Shown: positions 16,039-23,723 of the stretch, piece by piece
How the letters are laid out: every line of letters starts with the position of its first letter
How positions within the stretch are numbered: the stretch's first letter is position 1
Source of the DNA: a candidate division WOR-3 bacterium
GTDB taxonomy: Bacteria; Hydrothermota; Tepidihabitantia; SM23-42; CAYGYG01
NCBI GenBank assembly: GCA_965648915.1
Contig: CBFGIV010000034.1
Span: forward strand, 1 to 23,723
Direction of reading: 5' to 3'
DNA length: 23,723 nt
Position numbers and translations under genes: made by a program
Notes under the pieces: model-generated
What the model was told of the DNA's origin: nothing
Seen by the model: only the letters and a program-made list of their open reading frames with translations
Databases searched by the model: none

Positions 16039-17037
16039 TTAAGGCACCTCTACACCCGATAAGATCTTCTGAACAATATCGTCGGTTGTAATCTCCTCAG
16101 CCTCAGCCTCATAAGTCGGGATGATTCGATGTCGGAGCACATCCGGGGCCAGTTCCTTGATATCTTCGGGTATGACAAAACCCCTTCGTTTTAAGAAAGC
16201 AAAGGCTCGGGCCGTGGTCGTTAAATAGATTGAAGCCCGGGGTGAAGCACCATAGCGAATCAAACCCGAAAGTTCCTTCAAACCGAACTCATCGGGTGAA
16301 CGGGTAGCAAAGACGAGATTAACGATATAATCTTTTATCCGCTTATCGATATATATCTTCTTGCACAACTGCCTTGCCTGAAGGATCGACTTCGGACTGA
16401 CCACCGCCTCAATCTTCGGTTCACCTGTGACTGCAATCCGCTCGATGATCTCCTTCTCCTCTTCCCGGCTGGGATAGGTAATTTTGATTTTTAAAAGGAA
16501 TCGATCAATCTGGGCTTCAGGTAGAGGATAGGTCCCTTCCTGCTCGATCGGATTCTGAGTGGCTAAAACCAGAAATGGTTCATCCAGTTTAAATGTCTGG
16601 TCGCCGATTGTAACCTGCCGTTCCTGCATTGCCTCGAGGAGGGCACTCTGAACCTTGGGTGGTGTGCGATTTATCTCATCGGCCAGGATTAAATTGGCAA
16701 AGATCGGCCCTTTACTGGTTGTAAATTCTCCGGTCCGTTGATTATATATCATTGTGCCGATAATATCAGCGGGCAGAAGATCGGGTGTAAACTGAATACG
16801 CTGAAATTTCGCTTTAATTGCTGAAGCCAGAGTCCGAACTGCATAAGTCTTTGCCAGTCCCGGCACACCTTCAATCAATATATGGCCATCAGCCAGCAAC
16901 CCGACCAGCAGTCGGGTAATCAGATAGTTCTGGCCCACAATCGCCTTGCTTATCTCACTGGTTAAGGTCTGAACAATAAGACTCTCTTTCTCAATCTCTT
17001 CCTGAATCTGCTTGATCTCATCCTTAAGTTCTTCCAT
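16039..17037 (-). CDS. moxR: MoxR-family AAA+ ATPase
   Basis: EGVPGLAKT, RIQFTPDLLPADI, LADEINR, ATQNPIEQEGTYPLPEAQIDRF and GASPRA. SD AAGGAGG. Confidence 0.96.
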   Translation of the reverse strand: MEELKDEIKQIQEEIEKESLIVQTLTSEISKAIVGQNYLITRLLVGLLADGHILIEGVPGLAKTYAVRTLASAIKAKFQRIQFTPDLLPADIIGTMIYNQRTGEFTTSKGPIFANLILADEINRTPPKVQSALLEAMQERQVTIGDQTFKLDEPFLVLATQNPIEQEGTYPLPEAQIDRFLLKIKITYPSREEEKEIIERIAVTGEPKIEAVVSPKSILQARQLCKKIYIDKRIKDYIVNLVFATRSPDEFGLKELSGLIRYGASPRASIYLTTTARAFAFLKRRGFVIPEDIKELAPDVLRHRIIPTYEAEAEEITTDDIVQKILSGVEVP

Positions 17038-17265
17038 CTTGAAAAACCTCCTTAACTTAACAAATCCTATTACTACAGATTTTTAAGACCCAGGGATTGA
17101 TTATGGATTGACCTTCACTCATCTTCCCCTTGAATAAAATTTACCAGATTTTAGACAATTTTTCGCTATCTTAGGTTTATCAAAACGAAAGAGTTTAAAA
17201 ATTAAAGCATTGCTTATAATAGATTAAATAATGACTGATATATCGAAAAATATGAGACAAAAAAA

Positions 17266-18258
17266 TCATTCTTTCTCAAGCCATCTTATTGCCCGTTCTA
17301 ATTCATAATCCGGGTCTCCGGGAAAGGTATGGCCATAACCCGCATAGCCGTTGAAACTGACTGTAATACCATTCTTCACCAGGGCTCTTACTGCCTCGAG
17401 ATTTGCGTTTATCCTTCGCTCGGTTTCATTCTCACCGAGCATAACAAAAAACTTTATCTTTTTTGCCCGGGCATCAGTGAGATATATATTTAAGGTCGTA
17501 TCATATCCTCCGGCTACCGGAATGACACCCTTAAAGAGTGCATTATGCTTCAAACCGATGTAATACGCCAGACCGCCACCCTGAGAAAATCCTAAAAGAA
17601 TTATTCTTAATGAATCGACTTTAAACCTTCTCTTAACAAATTCAATATCATTAAGAACCCGTTTCTCGGCCTCAGCCCGCTCACCCCAGCCAAAACTTAC
17701 CCTGCCCATTACATCCGGTCCATAAGGGCAACAGAGGATATAGCCAATCCTCTGCGCGACATTTTTTAACACCTTTGCAAAATCAACCGGATTACTACCG
17801 TAACCGTGAAGTCCGATCAATAATGGATAAGTTATTGACGAATCAAAACTATCCGGCAGGATGATTACCGGTTCGAAAATCGTGACCTTCAGTTCGGAGA
17901 GTAATTTATTTGCCCGAGCAACGAGTCTTTTAAACTCTTTTGTCTTCCTGATATTATCAAAATCCTTATCCTCTTCGAATTTGTAAACCCCGAGTTCGAT
18001 CATCCTTCTCACCCACTTCAGAGCCTCCTTCTTATTATCAAGCAAACTATAACAGCAGGCAATATTGTAAACAGCCGCCCCATCATCCGGTCTGAACCTG
18101 AGACCGGCCCGGTAGTATTCGATTGCGGTCTGATAATCCTGTCGGGAGAGGGCATTGTTTGCCTGTTGAATATAGACTCTTCCCGAATCCAGCACCTGGG
18201 CCATAAAGGGGACAACAATAAAAAGTAGACAACCCAGGATTTTTATCTTGAGATTCAT
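17266..18258 (-). CDS. Exported TPR + alpha/beta hydrolase (phospholipase/carboxylesterase-like)
   Basis: Signal peptide, TPR (YNIACCYS), LHGYG, nucleophile elbow GFSQGG and a C-terminal GH. Confidence 0.85.
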   Translation of the reverse strand: MNLKIKILGCLLFIVVPFMAQVLDSGRVYIQQANNALSRQDYQTAIEYYRAGLRFRPDDGAAVYNIACCYSLLDNKKEALKWVRRMIELGVYKFEEDKDFDNIRKTKEFKRLVARANKLLSELKVTIFEPVIILPDSFDSSITYPLLIGLHGYGSNPVDFAKVLKNVAQRIGYILCCPYGPDVMGRVSFGWGERAEAEKRVLNDIEFVKRRFKVDSLRIILLGFSQGGGLAYYIGLKHNALFKGVIPVAGGYDTTLNIYLTDARAKKIKFFVMLGENETERRINANLEAVRALVKNGITVSFNGYAGYGHTFPGDPDYELERAIRWLEKE

Positions 18259-18269
18259 CTCTCCCTCCT

Positions 18270-19931
18270 TTAATTCAAAACAACAACTTTTTCACTCCAT
18301 CTCACATCGTCTACTGTACTCTCAATAAAATAAACCCCTGGATTTAAACTGAGACTGTAGAACAAAGTGCCCGATTTAAAAGACTTCACCAACTTTCCGC
18401 TCCTGTCGTAAATTTTTAACTCTATTTTCTGACTTCTCCCTTCGGTCATCTGCAATTTGATTTGTCCGCTTGTCGGATTGGGATATATTTTAATCCCCGG
18501 CAATTTTTCTCGCTCAATTTGCAGTCGGTCATTCACCCCGGTCATCCCTTCAACAATCACAAGTGTTGTATCCGCCCGAAGATTATACAGACGATCTATA
18601 ATCCCGCTGGGCCAGTTTATTCGTAATGAATCCCATCTTATCCTTGTCCCCAGACCAAAATGTTGAATAATACTCGACTGCTCCTCACTGCCGGTTCCAC
18701 CATTAACTTCTCGATACTGATGGAGTGTCCCCGAACTCAGTTTCAACCGTGCCCCGATCCCGGCTTTATTTGAAACCATACCAACCAGTCTTACCTTCAG
18801 ATAGTGATTTGTTATGCCATCAATCCTCATCAGGGCATTGGTTGGCCCATTAACCCCGTGTCCGCTCAGAAAAACATCCATATCGCCATCGCCATCAAAA
18901 TCTGCCCAGGAACAGGCAAAGACATCGGTCGGGCCAGCAATATTGGTGCTCGGCGCCATATCGGTAAATGTCCCGTTGCCGTTATTACGATAGAGACGAT
19001 TGGGATTGACATGATTGGAGGTAAAGATATCCTGTAGACCATCCTGATCATAATCGATCCAGTAACAGGTCCTCCCATCACCAACATCGCCAACGCCGGC
19101 ACTCAAGGTGACATCGGTAAAAGTGCCGTTCCCATTATTTCGATAGAGAAAATTCCTGCCCCCACCGATATTACCCTCGTAGATATCAAAGAAACCATCG
19201 TTATTATAATCACCGACTGAGACACCTGAACAGCGGAGCGAGTCACCGAGTCGGGCATCCCGGGTGACATCGGTAAAAGGTAAGACACCGCTATTGTTCC
19301 GATAGAGCCGATTCGTATCACCATTACCAACATAGAGGTCCGGCCAGAGGTCATTATTGTAGTCAAACCAGGTCGATGGCTTATAATTACTGCCGCTGCG
19401 TGAGACTCCGGCCTGGACACCGATCTCGGTAAATGTCCCATTGCCGTTACTCCGATAGAGATAGTCAGTCGTCGCCCAGTTACCCATAAAGATATCGATA
19501 TGACCATCCCGGTTAAAATCGCCAAAGATACCGTGCCAGGAATTATAACCACTCAAAAGACCGGCTGATGTTGCCACATCGGTGAAGGTCCCGTTGCGGT
19601 TATTGAGGAATAGATAGGGTGTTGAAGAACCAAAACGCGTGCACAAAAGATCTAAATAGCCATCGTTGTTATAATCGGCAAAAGCCACACCCCTGACCTG
19701 GATACCACTCAAGCCCGAACTGGCCGTTACATCAGTAAAGGTTCCGTTACCATTATTCCGGAAGAGGTAGGCGCTACCCAGTTGAACCGATATAAAAAGG
19801 TCCTCGAGGTTGTCGTTATTATAATCAAAGAAGGCAACTGATGAGCCGAGCGCGGTGATATTTATTCCCGCCTGAGAAGAAATATCCGTGAATCTGATTT
19901 GATTGATTAATAATAAAATCACCCATATCAT
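18270..19931 (-). CDS. CRTAC1-like FG-GAP repeat protein with ASPIC/UnbV domain and T9SS-type CTD
   Basis: Seven DxxxD(G/N/L)xxD repeats with NNGNGTFTDV, UnbV region (GIGA...HFGLG...WPSG) and CTD IYPNP...GVYF...KVVV. Start taken at ATG 19931 behind AAGGAGG. Confidence 0.9.
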   Translation of the reverse strand: MIWVILLLINQIRFTDISSQAGINITALGSSVAFFDYNNDNLEDLFISVQLGSAYLFRNNGNGTFTDVTASSGLSGIQVRGVAFADYNNDGYLDLLCTRFGSSTPYLFLNNRNGTFTDVATSAGLLSGYNSWHGIFGDFNRDGHIDIFMGNWATTDYLYRSNGNGTFTEIGVQAGVSRSGSNYKPSTWFDYNNDLWPDLYVGNGDTNRLYRNNSGVLPFTDVTRDARLGDSLRCSGVSVGDYNNDGFFDIYEGNIGGGRNFLYRNNGNGTFTDVTLSAGVGDVGDGRTCYWIDYDQDGLQDIFTSNHVNPNRLYRNNGNGTFTDMAPSTNIAGPTDVFACSWADFDGDGDMDVFLSGHGVNGPTNALMRIDGITNHYLKVRLVGMVSNKAGIGARLKLSSGTLHQYREVNGGTGSEEQSSIIQHFGLGTRIRWDSLRINWPSGIIDRLYNLRADTTLVIVEGMTGVNDRLQIEREKLPGIKIYPNPTSGQIKLQMTEGRSQKIELKIYDRSGKLVKSFKSGTLFYSLSLNPGVYFIESTVDDVRWSEKVVVLN

Positions 19932-19941
19932 AAAACCTCCT

Positions 19942-21807
19942 TTAATCAAAGTCTCCCTGTTTGCTTTCTTCAATATCCAATCTAACCCCAAAGGAATCAA
20001 TCAGGCGGTTCAATCTTTCCCGCTCATCCATCAACTGCTTAATTTTTTTGGGGTCGTTAAATAGATTGGGATTTTTTATCTTTTCATCAATCCGATTAAG
20101 TTTTGCTTTAAGCCCCTGTATCTTACTTTCGATCTCTTCACCGGCATCTTTGCGGGTTTGATTCTGCGGGTCACCCAAAATATTCCCCTCCTGCTCGGTT
20201 GGGGTTACACCTTTCTTCCAGAGATAATGCTGATAATCACCCGGATAATTATAAAGTCGGCCGTTCGAAAGCTCAAGGATCCGTTTAGCAAAACCACCGA
20301 CCAGATCCCGATCATGAGTAACCATCAATACTGCACCCGGATAAGCCAGGACCGCCCGCATCAAAGCCTCAATCGAATCGCGATCGAGATGGAAAGTCGG
20401 TTCATCGAGAATTAAAAAGTTTGAATATTTGACCATTGCCGCCAGAATTAGAAGACGGGTCTTCTCACCACCACTCAAAACGCCGATGCGTTTAAAAACA
20501 TCATCACCACTAAAAAGGAACATCCCTAAAAAATTTCGGATCTGTGCTCTCACCTCCTCAGGTGCTTCATTGTATGCCCAGTCATATACCGTGATTTCCG
20601 GATCCATATCCCGGATCCCTTCTTGAAAAAAAGAAGAGATTATCAACTTCTCACTCACTGATCGCGACCCGCTTGCTGGAGATTCCAGTCCTGCAATAAT
20701 CCGGCAGAGAGTCGATTTGCCCGCTCCATTCTTACCGATCAGGGCGATCTTTTCCCCTCGATCGATATACAGATCGATATCAGCAAATATGACCCGGCCA
20801 TTATATTTCTGAGAAATTTGCTTCAGGGTAAGAATGCGTCGCGATTCAATCGGTGCACAGGGAAAACGGACATCGATCTTCCGCCTTTCGTGTTCAACCT
20901 TGATGATCTCCATCTTCTCCAGAATCCTTTTCCGGCTCCGGACCAGTGTTGCTTTATCTTTATAGGCATGGAATCGATCGATAAATTTCTTAATATCAGA
21001 GATCTTCCGGGCCTGCTCGCGTGCTGCCTTTATGAGATGTTCCTGTCGATCCTCTTTCTCTTTGAGATAGCCAGAAAAATCGGTGCGGAATAAATTTACC
21101 CGACCATTACCTACTTCGAGAATCCCCTTCTGCCCCTGGGTCGCATTAAGAATATAGTCGAGGAAGACGCGATCGTGGGAGACAATCAAAATTGCACCCG
21201 GAAAGGCGTCGAGATAAGTCTCAAACCAGGCGATCGACTCGATATCGAGATGATTGGTCGGTTCATCAAGGACGAGAAAAGAAGGACTCTCCATCAGGAT
21301 TCGGGCCAACTGGACCCTCATCTGCCAGCCAGCGCTGAAGGTTTCCACCGGCCGCTCAAAATCTTTCTCCTCAAAACCCAATCCCACGAGTATCTTCAGC
21401 GCCTGTGCTCTCCTCGACCAGCCACCCATAAGTTCAAACCTCTGCACAAGTTCATTATAAGTCCGGAGATATTCGCCATTCTGCCTTGAATTTTGTGCGA
21501 TTAAAAATTCCAACCGCTGGAGATTTTCTAAAACTTCGTTATAATTACTCAGCACCTCATCAATCAGTCTACGCCCCCGGATCAGAGAAATCTCCTGTGG
21601 TAAATAACCGATCCTGATCGATCGGGCTCGCTCAATCTTCCCCCGGGTTGGTTCGACCAGGCCTAAAACGATCTTGAGTATTGTTGTCTTCCCCGAACCA
21701 TTTGCACCAACTATACCGATCCGGTCGGTCCAGTTTATGATTAAATCAAGGTCCTGAAACAGAACCCTCTCACCTATTTCGTAGCCCACTCGATTCAGTT
21801 GAATCAT
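19942..21807 (-). CDS. ABC-F family ATP-binding protein
   Basis: Two NBDs (GANGSGKT/FSAGW/LDEPTNHLD and GKNGAGKS/LSGGE/LDEPTFHLD), no TM segments, C-terminal coiled coil. Confidence 0.93.
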   Translation of the reverse strand: MIQLNRVGYEIGERVLFQDLDLIINWTDRIGIVGANGSGKTTILKIVLGLVEPTRGKIERARSIRIGYLPQEISLIRGRRLIDEVLSNYNEVLENLQRLEFLIAQNSRQNGEYLRTYNELVQRFELMGGWSRRAQALKILVGLGFEEKDFERPVETFSAGWQMRVQLARILMESPSFLVLDEPTNHLDIESIAWFETYLDAFPGAILIVSHDRVFLDYILNATQGQKGILEVGNGRVNLFRTDFSGYLKEKEDRQEHLIKAAREQARKISDIKKFIDRFHAYKDKATLVRSRKRILEKMEIIKVEHERRKIDVRFPCAPIESRRILTLKQISQKYNGRVIFADIDLYIDRGEKIALIGKNGAGKSTLCRIIAGLESPASGSRSVSEKLIISSFFQEGIRDMDPEITVYDWAYNEAPEEVRAQIRNFLGMFLFSGDDVFKRIGVLSGGEKTRLLILAAMVKYSNFLILDEPTFHLDRDSIEALMRAVLAYPGAVLMVTHDRDLVGGFAKRILELSNGRLYNYPGDYQHYLWKKGVTPTEQEGNILGDPQNQTRKDAGEEIESKIQGLKAKLNRIDEKIKNPNLFNDPKKIKQLMDERERLNRLIDSFGVRLDIEESKQGDFD

Positions 21808-21832
21808 ACTTTATGCCACCCGCTCAGTAGAT

Positions 21833-23503
21833 TCAACGGACAAGCCTTGCTCTTCCGGTATGGTTCAAGTCGTGCTGGAACATCGGCCAGTTGCTGAAGA
21901 TAATCGATCCCGATGCTTGAACTGAATAGAGATGACCATCCATTGAACTGAAGTAAATCGTCCCATCATCAACCAGTGCAGATGAAGATTCGATTGCCCC
22001 ATCAGTCGGAAAACGCCAGCGCAGAGCCCCGGCGGTATTTAATGAATAGAAAGATTTATCATTTGAACCAAAATATATGGCGCCTTGAAAACTGCAGAGC
22101 GGTGTAGAATTAACCGGGCCTCCGGTCGGATAACGCCACCGAAGCAGACCACCGCTGGTCAGTGAATAGAGATGGCAGTCACTGGAGCCAAAATAGATAT
22201 TATCTTCTTCACCGATTATCGGGGCTGACCGGATCGCGCCTGAAGTTGCAAATTGCCATCGGAAGGCACCCGAGGTATCGAGGGCATAAAGATTATTGTC
22301 ATCCGAACCAAAATAGAGAGTACCATCCGCACTGATTGCTGCCGAATTCAGGATCGGGCCACCGGTTCGATACCGCCACTTCTCCTGTCCAGCAGTGTCA
22401 ACTCCATAAAAATATCCATCGGTTGAACCTATGTATACTGAACCTTCAAAATCGATGACCGGTGAAGCCACGATCGGCCCGGTTGTCTGAAAAATCCATT
22501 TCCTTGTGCCATCCGGCCTCAGTCCATAGAGACAACCATCCCCCGAGCCAAAATAGATGGAACCGTCAATCGCAAGCGCGGGCGTGCTCTTTATTGCGCC
22601 CCCGGTCGGATAAGACCACTTGATCAAACCATTAGAACCAATTGCATAGAGATTACCATTATCGGCACCAATATATATCGTCCCATCGTTCGCAATTGCC
22701 GGCGAGGAGGCGATCGGACTTCCAGCAAAAAAGCGCCATCGCAAAGTGCTATCGGGATTGAGTGCATAGAGATAACCATCGTCGCTCCCGATTAAAACTA
22801 TATCACTGACTGCCGGCGAAGAGGTGAGATTTGCTCCTATCCGCCGGTGCCACTTACAGTTTCCTTCAATCAGCACGATCCTGATGATGCTTCCGTTCGA
22901 CCAATCCGAGATCCAGCCCATCCGGTCTCTGGCCTGTGCCTTAACTAAATAATCGGCTGGTCTGCTCCATTTATGGCTATCAATAACAGCCTGACCTGAA
23001 GAGACGAAAGGATGCCAGATTGATGTATCACCATCGCCCCAGGAGAATCTTATCGCCACGCTGTCCGAATCCGGATCGATTGATACGGTAGAAAACTTAT
23101 AGAAAGAATCGATATAACCGACTGACGGTCCAGCCGGGACCGAGGGTCTGCCCGGTGGCAGATTATCGAAGACAAAAAATTTGACCACAGGTGATACCCC
23201 TTCATTACCCGCCCGGTCATAGGCTTTTGCATAGAGGGAATAAAATGAACTATCCGGCATATCCTCGGTAATCAATAGATGCATAAATGGCATATACTCG
23301 GTCACACCAATGAGTGAATCGCTGAGATAGAACTCTACCCGGGCCACTTCTCGATTATCGGTTGCCGACGCCTCAATGAGAACCGTATCACTTACCACTG
23401 AGTTGTCCAGGGGATAGATAATATTTACCACCGGCGGTTCCTCATCAGCGCAGCACAGAATTAAAACAATAGTTGCTAAAAGAATCGAAAGGTATCTCTT
23501 CAT
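21833..23503 (-). CDS. Putative lipoprotein with Ig-like, PKD-like and PQQ-like (BamB-type) beta-propeller repeats
   Basis: MKRYLSILLATIVLILCC signal, Ig-like domain (ASATDN..VARVEFY...AYDRAGN), FSWGDG, about eight SSPAIxxDGTIYFGSxDxxLYA...W repeats and WPMFQHD. The ORF-track ATG 23530 lies within the promoter. Confidence 0.85.
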   Translation of the reverse strand: MKRYLSILLATIVLILCCADEEPPVVNIIYPLDNSVVSDTVLIEASATDNREVARVEFYLSDSLIGVTEYMPFMHLLITEDMPDSSFYSLYAKAYDRAGNEGVSPVVKFFVFDNLPPGRPSVPAGPSVGYIDSFYKFSTVSIDPDSDSVAIRFSWGDGDTSIWHPFVSSGQAVIDSHKWSRPADYLVKAQARDRMGWISDWSNGSIIRIVLIEGNCKWHRRIGANLTSSPAVSDIVLIGSDDGYLYALNPDSTLRWRFFAGSPIASSPAIANDGTIYIGADNGNLYAIGSNGLIKWSYPTGGAIKSTPALAIDGSIYFGSGDGCLYGLRPDGTRKWIFQTTGPIVASPVIDFEGSVYIGSTDGYFYGVDTAGQEKWRYRTGGPILNSAAISADGTLYFGSDDNNLYALDTSGAFRWQFATSGAIRSAPIIGEEDNIYFGSSDCHLYSLTSGGLLRWRYPTGGPVNSTPLCSFQGAIYFGSNDKSFYSLNTAGALRWRFPTDGAIESSSALVDDGTIYFSSMDGHLYSVQASGSIIFSNWPMFQHDLNHTGRARLVR

Positions 23504-23519
23504 CCAAGAATCCTGAATA

Positions 23520-23547
23520 ATTATATACATAATCTAAAATCGTTCAA
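23520..23547 (-). promoter_or_regulatory. sigma70-like promoter
   Basis: TTGAAC (23547-23542), 16-bp spacer, TATAAT (23525-23520). Confidence 0.6.
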
Positions 23548-23723
23548 GAAGTTTTAAACAGAGGTCGAAAAGGGAATTTCAAAGAATTAAAAAACACTTC
23601 TTTGAAAAATAATCAATAGTTAATTTTCTATTGTTTTACTCCTTTTTTAATATGAGTGCTTTATATGTACCAGTCTTCTTTTGGTGCTGAAAGCACATTA
23701 TAACCAAATTGGGTCCCGGTTTC

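Noticed and set aside
17057..17122. 21-codon minus-strand ORF MSEGQSIINPWVLKICSNRIC upstream of moxR
   Set aside because: It has an SD-like AAGGGG but no other support, and is too short to call without conservation data.
18870..22800. Nucleotide-level quasi-repeats (e.g. ACATCGGTAAA, CCAAAATAGA) as possible CRISPR or tandem arrays
   Set aside because: They are the codons of FG-GAP and PQQ protein repeats, are degenerate and in frame, and no cas genes are present.
1450..23232. Numerous 60-150 aa ORFs in the track that are antisense or out of frame to long genes
   Set aside because: All are nested within well-supported CDSs and lack motifs; they are shadow ORFs.
23650..23723. GTGCTTT/AAAGCAC and GTGCT-GAA-AGCAC hairpins plus a minus-strand TATAAT at the window end
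   Set aside because: Short stems at a truncated edge; cannot be assigned to an IS end, ncRNA or terminator.

Overview
Bacterial chromosomal segment, about 43-45% GC by eye. It has E. coli-type sigma70 promoters, Shine-Dalgarno sites and several T9SS-type C-terminal sorting domains (CTDs), which suggests a non-Bacteroidota, FCB-related candidate lineage such as WOR-3 (inference only). Left to right: the 5' stub of a probable IS110-family transposase; a secreted protein whose CTD is broken by one in-frame TAA; an apparently leaderless operon of an FHA-GGDEF diguanylate cyclase and a membrane-anchored Ser/Thr kinase; rlmD, pdp and a CDF metal exporter; a secreted 7-repeat 'GRND..RVY..E...W' beta-propeller; a 31-aa bS22-like ribosomal protein gene missing from the ORF track; a complete moxR-DUF58-bat operon with batB and batC fused; a TPR/alpha-beta hydrolase; a CRTAC1/FG-GAP protein; an ABC-F ATPase; and an Ig/PKD/PQQ-repeat lipoprotein. 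The best candidates for new biology are the kinase/FHA-cyclase pair and the lectin-like propeller.
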